Notes under the pieces: model-generated
What the model was told of the DNA's origin: nothing
What the model saw: the letters and a program-made list of their open reading frames with translations, nothing else
Database searches by the model: none
NCBI RefSeq assembly: GCF_900104485.1
Contig: NZ_FMXQ01000004.1
Coordinates: 355,898-387,897, forward strand
Direction: 5' to 3'
DNA length: 32,000 bases
DNA from: Bauldia litoralis
GTDB taxonomy: Bacteria > Pseudomonadota > Alphaproteobacteria > Rhizobiales > Kaistiaceae
Part shown: piece after piece, positions 22,638 through 32,000 of the stretch
How positions within the stretch are numbered: the first letter of the stretch is position 1
Layout of the letters: each line of letters starts with the position of its first letter
Made by a program: the position numbers and the translations under genes

Positions 22638-23759
22638 ATGATTTTCTGGGTGATCATGGCGGTGCTGGCGGCTTCGGTGTCGTTGTCGGTGCTGATGCCG
22701 CTTTATCGCACCCGCCAGGTCGAGCGTCGGCTGGCGGAACAGGAGATGTCGGTCTATCGCGACCAGCTTGGCGAGATCGACCGGGACGTCGACCGCGGGC
22801 TGATCGCCGGTTCCGAGGCCGAGGCGGCGCGCAACGAGATCGCCCGCCGCCTGATCAAGGCCGATCAGGCGAAATCCACCGATGCCGTTGGCTTGCGCAG
22901 CGAGCGGCCGCGCCAGGTCGCCGCAGTGCTGGCTGTGGTCGGCCTGCCGGTTGCCGCGGTGGGGCTCTACCTGCTTGTCGGATCGCCCGGTCTTCCCGAT
23001 GCGCCGCTTGCCGCAAGGCTCGCCGCCCAGCCGGAGCAGCAGGACACCGCCGCGCTGATCGCTCGCGTCGAGAATCACCTGGCCGCCAACCCGGACGACG
23101 CCGAAGGCTGGCGGATCATCGCCCCGGTCTATGTCCGGATGGGCCGCCACGACGAGGCGGCAACAGCCTATCGCCATCTGGTTCGCCTGCTTGGCAGCAA
23201 TGCCGAGCGCGAGACCGCCCTCGGCGAGGCGCTGGTCCGCGCCAGCGGCGGCAGCTTGACAGCCGAGGCGAAGGAAGCCTTCGATCGCGCCGCCGCCCTC
23301 GACCCGCAGATGGTCGGCCCGCGCTTCTATCTGGCGCTCGGTCTCGGTCAGTCCGGCGATACCGAGGGCGCGGTGACAGCGCTGCAATCCCTGATCGACG
23401 ATTCGCCGCCGAACGCGCCATGGCTCGTCTCCGTCCGCGAGGTGATGGCGCGGCTGGAATCGGTTGACGCGCCGCCGCAGCCCGGCCCGACCGCCGACGA
23501 CATCGAGGCGGCCGGCGAGATGGCGGCGGACGACCGTGCCGCGATGATCGAGGGCATGGTGGCGCAACTTGCCAGCCGGCTGGAATCCGAGCCCGACGAC
23601 GCCGAGGGTTGGGCACGGCTGGTCCGCTCCTATATGGTTCTTGGCCGGCCCGACGACGCCCGCGCCGCGCTCGACCAGGCGCGGTCGGCGCTGGATGGCG
23701 ACGAGGACAAGCTGGCGATGGTCGAAGCCGAGGCGCAAGCCTCCGGATTGAGCGAGTGA
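22638..23759 (+). CDS. ccmI: Cytochrome c-type biogenesis protein CcmI (CycH)
   Basis: N-terminal TM followed by YRDQL.EIDRD...GLI....A.AAR.EI.RRL. It has a second TM and a TPR-like C-terminus, and sits upstream of ccmEFH. Confidence 0.85.
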   Translation: MIFWVIMAVLAASVSLSVLMPLYRTRQVERRLAEQEMSVYRDQLGEIDRDVDRGLIAGSEAEAARNEIARRLIKADQAKSTDAVGLRSERPRQVAAVLAVVGLPVAAVGLYLLVGSPGLPDAPLAARLAAQPEQQDTAALIARVENHLAANPDDAEGWRIIAPVYVRMGRHDEAATAYRHLVRLLGSNAERETALGEALVRASGGSLTAEAKEAFDRAAALDPQMVGPRFYLALGLGQSGDTEGAVTALQSLIDDSPPNAPWLVSVREVMARLESVDAPPQPGPTADDIEAAGEMAADDRAAMIEGMVAQLASRLESEPDDAEGWARLVRSYMVLGRPDDARAALDQARSALDGDEDKLAMVEAEAQASGLSE

Positions 23760-23780
23760 GCGGCCGATGACGGAGCAGGC

Positions 23781-24242
23781 ATGACCCGGAAACAGCGACG
23801 ACTTTCGCTGATCGGCGTCGCCGGGGTGGTGCTGATCTGCGCCGCCGGACTGGTGCTCTACGCCATGTCCGATCGCATCGTCTTCTTCAGTTCGCCGAGC
23901 GATATCGCGGCGAGCACGACCGCGCCGGGGACGCGCCTGCGTCTCGGCGGGCTGGTCGCCGTCGGCAGCGTCGAGAAGACCACCGATGGCGGCGTCACCT
24001 TCGCGGTGACCGACGGCGCGGCGACGGTGCCGGTCGCCTATCGTGGCATCCTCCCCGACCTGTTCAGCGAGGGCGAGGGCGTGGTTGCCGAGGGGCTGGT
24101 TGGCAGCGACGGGGTTTTCGCCGCAGACTCCGTGCTGGCCAAGCACGACGAGCAATACATGCCGCGGGAAGTCGTCGACGCGCTGAAGGCGCAAGGCATG
24201 TGGCAGGAGGACGGTGCGCCGCCTCACGCGGTGGAGCAATAG
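23781..24242 (+). CDS. ccmE: Cytochrome c maturation haem chaperone CcmE (CycJ)
   Basis: N-terminal anchor, RLGGLV..GSV, and the haem-binding [11 protein letters not shown] motif. Confidence 0.92.
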   Translation: MTRKQRRLSLIGVAGVVLICAAGLVLYAMSDRIVFFSSPSDIAASTTAPGTRLRLGGLVAVGSVEKTTDGGVTFAVTDGAATVPVAYRGILPDLFSEGEGVVAEGLVGSDGVFAADSVLAKHDEQYMPREVVDALKAQGMWQEDGAPPHAVEQ

Positions 24243-24252
24243 GGTAGGGAGC

Positions 24253-26232
24253 ATGATCGCCGAACTCGGCCATTTCGCACTGATCCTGGCGCTCGTCCTC
24301 GCGGTGGTGCAGTCCGTGCTGCCCTTCTGGGGAGCGATGACCGACGATCGCCGCCTGATCGCGGTCGCCGGGCCGGCGGCGGTGACCCAGTTCCTGCTGG
24401 TCGGCCTGTCATTCGCGGCCCTGGTTCATGCCTATATCGTGTCGGATTTCTCGGTCCTCAACGTGGTCGAGAACTCCCACTCGCAGAAGCCGCTCCTCTA
24501 CAAGATCACCGGCACCTGGGGGAACCACGAGGGCTCGATGCTGCTCTGGGTGCTGATCCTGGCGCTGTTTGGCGCGATGGTCGCAGCCTTCGGCCGCAAT
24601 CTCCCCGACCGGCTCAAGGCGCTTGTGCTGGCGGTCCAGGCGTGGATCGCTTCCGCCTTCCTGCTCTTCGTGCTGTTGACCTCCAATCCGTTCATCCGGC
24701 TGAATCCGGCGCCGATCGAGGGTAACGACCTCAACCCGGTGCTCCAGGATATCGGGCTCGCCGTCCATCCGCCGCTGCTCTATCTCGGCTATGTCGGTTG
24801 CTCGATCGCCTTCGCCTTCGCCATCGCCGCGCTGATCGACGGGCGCATCGACGCTGCCTGGGCGCGGTGGGTGCGGCCGTGGACGCTGGCGGCGTGGATG
24901 TTCCTGACGCTGGGCATCGCGATGGGCTCCTACTGGGCCTATTACGAACTCGGCTGGGGCGGCTTCTGGTTCTGGGACCCGGTCGAGAATGCCTCGCTGA
25001 TGCCGTGGCTTGCCGCCACCGCGCTGCTCCATTCGGCGATCGTCATGGAGAAGCGCGAGGCGCTGAAGATCTGGACGGTGCTGCTCGCTATCCTTGCCTT
25101 CAGCCTCAGCCTGCTCGGCACTTTCCTCGTCCGCTCCGGCGTGCTGACCTCTGTCCACACCTTCGCCTCGGACCCGACCCGCGGCGTCTTCATCCTCGCG
25201 ATCCTCTGCGTCTTCATCGGCGGCGGGTTGTCGCTCTTCGCCTTCCGGGCGACGCGACTGGCGCCCGGCGGCGTCTTTGCGCCGATCAGCCGGGAAGGGG
25301 CGCTGATCCTCAACAACCTGTTCCTCACCGTGCTGGCCGCCGTGGTGCTGACCGGGACGCTCTATCCGCTGGTGCTGGAAGCGCTGACCGGCGCGCGGAT
25401 TTCGGTCGGGGCGCCGTTCTTCAACCTGATCTTCATTCCCCTCGCCGTGCCGCTCCTCATCATCGTGCCTTTCGGACCAATGCTGGCCTGGAAGCGCGGC
25501 GACCTGCGGGCGGCCTCGGAGCGGCTGTTCGCGGCCTTCGGAGCGGCGATCCTCGCCGCCGCCGTATCCGCCTGGCTCGCCGGCATGGACGACGTGCTGG
25601 CGCTGTTCGGGGTGGCGCTGGCCTTCTGGCTGATCGTCGGAGCGCTCTCCGAGCTGGCCTTTCGCGTCAAGCTCGGCCGCGCCCCCGTGGCCGAAAGCTT
25701 CCGCCGGCTGGCCGGCATGCCACGGTCGGCCTTCGGCACGACGCTCGCCCATGCCGGCGTCGGCGTGACGGTGCTCGGCCTTGTCGCCGCGACCACCTGG
25801 GCCAGCGAGGACATCCTCACCATGAAGGCGGGCGACACCGTGGAGGTCGCCTCGCGGACGCTCAAGCTCGACGGCTTCCAGCAGCGCGCCGGCCCCAACT
25901 ACGCCGAGACGGTCGCCCGCTTCACCGTCTATGACGGCGGCGCCGCGGTGGCGGTGATGGAGCCGTCGAAGCGGAATTTCGCCGCGCGGCAGACGATGAC
26001 GACGGAAGCGGCGATCACGACATTCGGGCTGTCGCAACTCTACATTTCGCTCGGCGACATCACCCCCGAATCGGCGGTCACGGTGCGGGTCTTCTGGAAG
26101 CCGCTGGTGACGCTGATCTGGCTCGGCGCCGTCGTCATGGCGATTGGCGGGATCCTGTCGCTCAGCGATCGGCGGCTGCGGGTCGGAGCGCCGAAACCGG
26201 CGCGCCGCACCGTCGCCGCGCCGGCCGAGTAG
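24253..26232 (+). CDS. ccmF: Cytochrome c haem lyase subunit CcmF (CycK)
   Basis: The ATG 24253 start gives MIAELGHFALILAL. The WWD motif WGGFWFWDPVENASLMPWL is present. 659 aa, polytopic. Confidence 0.95.
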   Translation: MIAELGHFALILALVLAVVQSVLPFWGAMTDDRRLIAVAGPAAVTQFLLVGLSFAALVHAYIVSDFSVLNVVENSHSQKPLLYKITGTWGNHEGSMLLWVLILALFGAMVAAFGRNLPDRLKALVLAVQAWIASAFLLFVLLTSNPFIRLNPAPIEGNDLNPVLQDIGLAVHPPLLYLGYVGCSIAFAFAIAALIDGRIDAAWARWVRPWTLAAWMFLTLGIAMGSYWAYYELGWGGFWFWDPVENASLMPWLAATALLHSAIVMEKREALKIWTVLLAILAFSLSLLGTFLVRSGVLTSVHTFASDPTRGVFILAILCVFIGGGLSLFAFRATRLAPGGVFAPISREGALILNNLFLTVLAAVVLTGTLYPLVLEALTGARISVGAPFFNLIFIPLAVPLLIIVPFGPMLAWKRGDLRAASERLFAAFGAAILAAAVSAWLAGMDDVLALFGVALAFWLIVGALSELAFRVKLGRAPVAESFRRLAGMPRSAFGTTLAHAGVGVTVLGLVAATTWASEDILTMKAGDTVEVASRTLKLDGFQQRAGPNYAETVARFTVYDGGAAVAVMEPSKRNFAARQTMTTEAAITTFGLSQLYISLGDITPESAVTVRVFWKPLVTLIWLGAVVMAIGGILSLSDRRLRVGAPKPARRTVAAPAE

Positions 26233-26241
26233 GGAGGCCAA

Positions 26242-26703
26242 GTGCGCATCGTCGTCGCCTTGCTGCTGCTCCTCCTGTCGCTGGCGCCCGTCCACGCGGT
26301 GGCGCCGGACGAGGTGCTCGACGATCCGGCTCTCGAGACCCGGGCGCGGGCGCTTTCGGCCGGGCTGCGCTGCATGGTCTGCCAGAACCAGTCGATCGAC
26401 GACTCCGATGCGCCGCTTGCCCGCGACCTCCGCATCCTCCTGCGCGAGCGGCTCGTTGCTGGCGACAGCGATGAGGAGGTGATCGCCTTTCTCGTCGACC
26501 GCTACGGCGAGTTCATTCTTCTGAGGCCGCAATTCAACCTGAAGACCGCGCTCCTGTGGCTGGCCCCGGCGATCCTGCTGGTCGTCGGCGCCATCATCGC
26601 CTTCGGCGTGTTTCGCCGTCGTCGGCCCGTGGCTGTGTCAGGGTTGAGCGGCGATGAGGAAGCTGAGTTGCAGCGGATTCTTTCCGACGGGAAGAACGGC
26701 TAG
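26242..26703 (+). CDS. ccmH: Cytochrome c haem lyase subunit CcmH (CycL)
   Basis: Signal peptide, [19 protein letters not shown] (the LRCxxC motif) and a C-terminal TM. Confidence 0.9.
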   Translation: MRIVVALLLLLLSLAPVHAVAPDEVLDDPALETRARALSAGLRCMVCQNQSIDDSDAPLARDLRILLRERLVAGDSDEEVIAFLVDRYGEFILLRPQFNLKTALLWLAPAILLVVGAIIAFGVFRRRRPVAVSGLSGDEEAELQRILSDGKNG

Positions 26704-26708
26704 CCGAC

Positions 26709-26728
26709 CCGGCCGCAGCTGCGGCCGG
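26709..26728 (+). terminator. Perfect 20-nt palindrome after ccmH (terminator-like hairpin without a U-tract)
   Basis: CCGGCCGCAGCTGCGGCCGG is self-complementary and starts 6 nt after the stop codon. Confidence 0.35.
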
Positions 26729-26963
26729 CGATTCGCATCGCGCACGAATCGGCAAGATTTTCCCACCCGCCACGCCATAACCGGAACGCTCCGCACCCGA
26801 CCGCGCGGTTTTTGTTGCCGGGAAGCCGCCGGATCCGATGAACATTACCGAAGTTTAATCGGCCTGACAGTGGCTCGTAAGGTTGGCCCTCCCATATTCG
26901 ACAGCGATAGGCGCGGCGCCGACTGGATGGCCACCGGCGCCCCATACCAGCCTGGAGACGAAT

Positions 26964-28448
26964 ATGAACGAACAGACCAACACCGCCCCCACCACCCGCA
27001 CGGTTCGCAACCGGGCCCTGCTCGGCACCGCCGTCGCTGTCCTCCTCGGTGGCGCGATCGCCGGCGAGGCGATCCTGCTTCCCAAGACGATGGCCTACGC
27101 CGATCCGGTTCGGGTCGAGGGCGTCCAGCCCGTCAGCTTCGCCGACGTCGTCGAGAAGGTGCGGCCCGCCGTGGTGAGCGTCCGCGTCAAGGGACCGGCT
27201 CGCGAGATGGCCGGCTTCGACGGCCAGGACTTCGAGTTCCCCAAGGGCTCGCCGATGGAGAAGTTCTTCAAGCAGTTCCGCGAGAACGGCCCGGATCGGC
27301 AGCAGCGGCCTTTCTCGACCAGCCTCGGTTCCGGCTTCCTGATCTCAGATGACGGCTATGTCGTCACCAACGATCACGTCGTCGACGACGGTCAGTCGAT
27401 GACCATCATTCTCGATGACGGTACCGAGTATGTCGCCGACGTCGTCGGTCTCGACGAGAAGACCGACCTCGCGCTGCTCAAGATCAAGAATCCGGATCGC
27501 GAATTCACCTACGTGAAATTCTCCGAGGAGCGGGCGCGAATCGGCGACTGGGTCGTCGCTGTCGGCAATCCCTTCGGTCTTGGCGGAACGGTGACCGCCG
27601 GCATCATCTCGGCCGACGGCCGCAACATCGGCGCCGGCCCGTATGACGACTTCATCCAGATCGACGCGGCGGTGAACCGCGGAAACTCGGGTGGCCCGGC
27701 CTTCAACCTCAATGGTGAGGTCATTGGCGTCAACACGGCGATCTTCTCGCCGTCGGGCGGCAATGTCGGCATCGCCTTCGCGATTCCCGCCAGCACCGCC
27801 GAGCGGATCATCGACGACCTCACCGACGACGGCAAGGTCGTCCGCGGCTGGCTCGGCGTCCAGATCCAGGGCATCGATCGCGACATCGCCGATGGCCTGC
27901 AACTCGCCGACGCCAAGGGCTCGCTTGTCACCGAGGCGCAGGCAGGCAGCCCCGCCGCCGCCGCCGGCCTGAAGTCCGGAGACGCCATCCTGGCGGTCAA
28001 TGGCGAGGACCTCGAAGACCCGAAGGCTCTAGCCACCAAGATCGCCAGCATGGCGCCGGGCGAGACGGTCAAGGTCTCGGTGTGGCGTTCCGGCAAGGCC
28101 GAGGAGATCGATGTGACGCTCGGCACGCTCCCCGGCGAGGAACAGCTTGCTTCGCTGTCGCCCGAGGAAGCGCCCGAAGTGTCGCCGCTCGCCGATTTCG
28201 GCCTGGTGGTCGCGGAAGGCGATGAAGGTGTCACGGTCGAGGACGTCGACCCGAACGGCCAGGCGGCAGAGCGCGGTCTGCAGCCCGGCGACATCATCCT
28301 CGCCGTCGGCAAGTCGGACGTCGCCAAGCCGGCCGATGTCGAGAAGCTGGTCAAGGATGCCGAGACCGACGGCCGCAAGGCGGTCCTGTTGCGGGTCAAG
28401 TCGGGTGAGCAGACGCGCTTCGTCGCGCTGACCTTCGTCCGCACCTGA
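26964..28448 (+). CDS. degP: Periplasmic serine endoprotease DegP/HtrA (two PDZ domains)
   Basis: ATG 26964 follows GGAGA. The triad contexts are TNDHVV, TDLALLKI and GNSGGP. Two PDZ-like segments (GSPAAAAGLKSGDAILAVNG and AAERGLQPGDIILAVG) are present. Confidence 0.92.
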   Translation: MNEQTNTAPTTRTVRNRALLGTAVAVLLGGAIAGEAILLPKTMAYADPVRVEGVQPVSFADVVEKVRPAVVSVRVKGPAREMAGFDGQDFEFPKGSPMEKFFKQFRENGPDRQQRPFSTSLGSGFLISDDGYVVTNDHVVDDGQSMTIILDDGTEYVADVVGLDEKTDLALLKIKNPDREFTYVKFSEERARIGDWVVAVGNPFGLGGTVTAGIISADGRNIGAGPYDDFIQIDAAVNRGNSGGPAFNLNGEVIGVNTAIFSPSGGNVGIAFAIPASTAERIIDDLTDDGKVVRGWLGVQIQGIDRDIADGLQLADAKGSLVTEAQAGSPAAAAGLKSGDAILAVNGEDLEDPKALATKIASMAPGETVKVSVWRSGKAEEIDVTLGTLPGEEQLASLSPEEAPEVSPLADFGLVVAEGDEGVTVEDVDPNGQAAERGLQPGDIILAVGKSDVAKPADVEKLVKDAETDGRKAVLLRVKSGEQTRFVALTFVRT

Positions 28449-28505
28449 CCCGGACGATCTGAACGGAAGTGCTCGATCGTCGCCCCGACGCTTTCGTTTC
28501 AGTGA

Positions 28506-28542
28506 GCGGCAGGCCGGTTCGCCGGTCTGCCGCTCTTTCTTT
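28506..28542 (+). terminator. Rho-independent terminator of degP
   Basis: GCGGCAGGCCGG-TTCG-CCGGTCTGCCGC is a 12-bp stem with one G-U pair, followed by TCTTTCTTT. Confidence 0.75.
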
Positions 28543-28604
28543 GAGGGCGGCAATCTGGCAAAGCAACGTCGGACCCTGACATGCAGCGCGAGCAGCGTGA
28601 TCCG

Positions 28605-29285
28605 ATGCGATTGCTGATCATCGAAGACGACAAGGAAGCGGCCGCGTATCTCTGCAAGGCGCTTCGCGAGGCCGGCCACGTCGCCGATCATGCCGACGAT
28701 GGCGAGACCGGCGCGGCGATGGCGATCGAGGGTGGCTACGACGTTCTCGTGGTCGACCGCATGCTGCCGAAGCGGGACGGGCTGTCGATCATCGAGGAGT
28801 TGCGGCGGCGCAACGACGAGACGCCGGCGCTGATCCTCTCCGCCCTCGGCCAGGTCGACGACCGGGTCACCGGCCTGCGGTCCGGCGGCGACGACTATCT
28901 CGCCAAGCCCTACGCTTTCACCGAACTGCTCGCTCGCGTCGAGGCGCTGGCGCGGCGCCGGCGTCCGGGCGAGGCAGAGACGGTCTACCGGGTCGGCGAT
29001 CTCGAACTCGACCGTCTCGGGCATACGGTGACCCGGGCCGGGCAGAGCGTACCGCTCCAGCCGCGCGAGTTCCGCCTGCTCGAATACCTGATGAAGAATG
29101 CCGGGCAGGTGGTGACCCGCACCATGCTGCTCGAGAATGTCTGGGACTATCATTTCGATCCGCAGACCAACGTCATCGACGTGCATATCTCGCGACTGCG
29201 CGGCAAGATCGACAAGGGCTTCGAGACGCCGCTGCTGCATACGGTGCGGGGCGCCGGATACATGATCCGTGACAGCGCTCGGTAA
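28605..29285 (+). CDS. OmpR-family response regulator
   Basis: MRLLIIEDD, VLVVDRMLPKRDG and DDYLAKPY form the receiver domain. The winged helix has LQPREFRLLEYL, IDVHISRLRGKID and RGAGYMI. An in-frame ATG at 28581 is the alternative start. Confidence 0.9.
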   Translation: MRLLIIEDDKEAAAYLCKALREAGHVADHADDGETGAAMAIEGGYDVLVVDRMLPKRDGLSIIEELRRRNDETPALILSALGQVDDRVTGLRSGGDDYLAKPYAFTELLARVEALARRRRPGEAETVYRVGDLELDRLGHTVTRAGQSVPLQPREFRLLEYLMKNAGQVVTRTMLLENVWDYHFDPQTNVIDVHISRLRGKIDKGFETPLLHTVRGAGYMIRDSAR

Positions 29286-30660
29286 GGTCGTCCGCACCAC
29301 CGCGTTCAAGCTTTCCGCCATTTACATCGCGGTCTTCTCGATCTTCGCGGTGTCCTTCGTCCTCTACATCTCCTACAGCGCCAATGTCCTTCTCAATGAC
29401 CAGATTCGCGCGACGATCGCGGCGGAAATCCGTGGCCTGGCCGAGCAGGGACGCACCGGCGGCATCGCGGCGATCTTCCAGACCATCGAGGAGCGCAGCC
29501 ACCAGCCGGGCGCCAGCCTTTACCTGATCACCGACGTCAACGGCCGGATTCTCACCGGGAACATCAGCCAGGTGCCGGCGGATATTTTCGAGCGTTCGGG
29601 CATCGGGCCGATCACTGTCACCTACGAACGCAATATCGGCGAAGGTTCGCGCCACGTCGCCATGGTGCAGGTGCTGCGCCTGCCGGGCGGCTTCTGGATG
29701 CTGGTCGGCCGCGATATCGGCGAGCATGAGCAGTTTCGCGAGATCATTGGCCGGGCCCTGGCCTGGGCGGCGGCGCTGATGATCGGCCTCGCGGTCCTGA
29801 GCTGGTTTTTCGTCAGCCGCCGCGTGCTGAAGCGGATCGATTCGGTCAGTGACACCAGCCGCCGGATCGTCGCCGGCGACCTGTCCGGCCGGCTCGAAGT
29901 CACCGGCACGGGCGACGAGTTCGACCGCCTGGCCGAGAGCCTCAACGCCATGCTGGCCCGGATCGAGCACCTGCTCTACGGCCTCAAGGACGTCTCCGAC
30001 AACATCGCCCATGACCTGAAGACTCCGCTGACCCGGCTGCGCAGCCGGGTCGAGGGCGTGCTTGCCGGGCCGGCCGACATCGACACCTATCGCGACGCTC
30101 TCGAATCGACGATCGAGGAGTCGGACCACCTGATCAAGACGTTCAACGCCCTGCTGATGATCGCCCGCACCGAGGCCGGCTCGGCCGACGGCGCGATGTC
30201 CGAGGTCGAGGCCGGGGCGATCGTCCGCGACGTCGCGGAACTCTACGAGCCGGTGGCGGAGGAGGAGGGCGGCGACCTGACCGTTTCGGTTTCGGAGCCG
30301 GTCACCCTCAAGGCGAGCCGCGAACTCCTCGGCCAGGCGCTCGCCAACCTGATCGACAACGCGCTGAAATACGCCAAGGGGGACGCCGGGCGACCCCTGA
30401 AAATCGTGGTTTCCAGCGCTCGCGAGGGCAGCGATCTCGTCCTGCGCGTCGCCGACAATGGCGTTGGCGTGCCTGAGGCAGATCGCGAGCGAGTGCTGCA
30501 GCGCTTCGTCCGGCTTGAGGCAAGCCGGTCGCAATCCGGGAGCGGGCTCGGACTCAGTCTTGTCGCGGCGGTCGCCAGGCTCCACCATGGCACGATCGAA
30601 CTCGGCGACAACCATCCCGGCCTCGTCGTGACCATCCGCCTGCCTATTGAAACCGCGTGA
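29269..30660 (+). CDS. Sensor histidine kinase (HAMP + HisKA + HATPase)
   Basis: GTG 29269 overlaps the regulator's 3' end. It has two TM segments. The H-box is SDNIAHDLKTPLTRL, the N-box NLIDNALKY, and the G-boxes DNGVGV and GSGLGLSLV. Confidence 0.9.
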   Translation: MTALGKVVRTTAFKLSAIYIAVFSIFAVSFVLYISYSANVLLNDQIRATIAAEIRGLAEQGRTGGIAAIFQTIEERSHQPGASLYLITDVNGRILTGNISQVPADIFERSGIGPITVTYERNIGEGSRHVAMVQVLRLPGGFWMLVGRDIGEHEQFREIIGRALAWAAALMIGLAVLSWFFVSRRVLKRIDSVSDTSRRIVAGDLSGRLEVTGTGDEFDRLAESLNAMLARIEHLLYGLKDVSDNIAHDLKTPLTRLRSRVEGVLAGPADIDTYRDALESTIEESDHLIKTFNALLMIARTEAGSADGAMSEVEAGAIVRDVAELYEPVAEEEGGDLTVSVSEPVTLKASRELLGQALANLIDNALKYAKGDAGRPLKIVVSSAREGSDLVLRVADNGVGVPEADRERVLQRFVRLEASRSQSGSGLGLSLVAAVARLHHGTIELGDNHPGLVVTIRLPIETA

Positions 30661-30661
30661 C

Positions 30662-32000
<1,339 letters not shown>

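Noticed and set aside
26845-26858. CtrA-box-like TTAC-N6-TTAA upstream of degP.
   Set aside because: The spacing is N6 rather than the N7 of the TTAA-N7-TTAA consensus, and one half-site is imperfect. It is most likely chance in an AT-richer intergenic stretch.
26704-26963. Envelope-stress (ECF/sigma-E type) promoter upstream of degP, for example GGAAC near 26780 and GAACATT at 26840.
   Set aside because: No properly spaced -10 partner (CGTT or TCAAA type) could be found. The matches are single short half-motifs.

Overview
High-GC (about 70% in hand-counted 60-nt lines) alphaproteobacterial DNA, Rhizobiales/Hyphomicrobiales-like, coding almost entirely on the + strand. Positions 1-19.6 kb are an RcGTA-type gene transfer agent (or HK97-like defective prophage) structural cluster. 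Its order is portal, g3.5-like, prohead protease, [insertion], major capsid, adaptor, stopper, tail terminator, tube, two chaperones, short tape measure, DUF2460, DUF2163, NlpC/P60 peptidase, ~1300-aa host-specificity 'megatron', DUF2793 fibre-like protein, GH24 lysozyme, holin-like protein. Positions 19.6-32 kb are ordinary core genes: a PepSY protein, an OmpR-type two-component pair, a lipoprotein, ccmI-ccmE-ccmF-ccmH (cycHJKL), degP, a second two-component pair, and glnE (3' partial). The most interesting part is a ~2.9 kb low-GC islet (2596-5520) wedged between the protease and capsid genes. It holds (i) a modular gene with a host-like N-terminus and a low-GC C-terminal domain carrying an HH...N...H (HNH/EndoVII-like) signature, interrupted by an in-frame TAA. 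It also holds (ii) a small helical DUF2019-like gene joined to the extended frame of (i) by an ATGA overlap, a candidate immunity gene, and (iii) a degenerate second copy of the protease 3' end plus the 5' and 3' ends of a sister cassette. On the minus strand are (iv) a HEPN-motif (RNDLAH) gene and a 36-aa mini-ORF with a consensus SD. Finally (v) there is an orphan promoter-like site followed by a strong intrinsic terminator just upstream of the capsid gene. I read this as a toxin/immunity-type conflict cassette locus embedded in a GTA head module, which I do not know to have been described; function is inference only. At least three families of palindromic RIME/REP-like elements have also colonised five other intergenic junctions of the cluster. 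All calls rest on reading the sequence and remembered family signatures; no searches were run.
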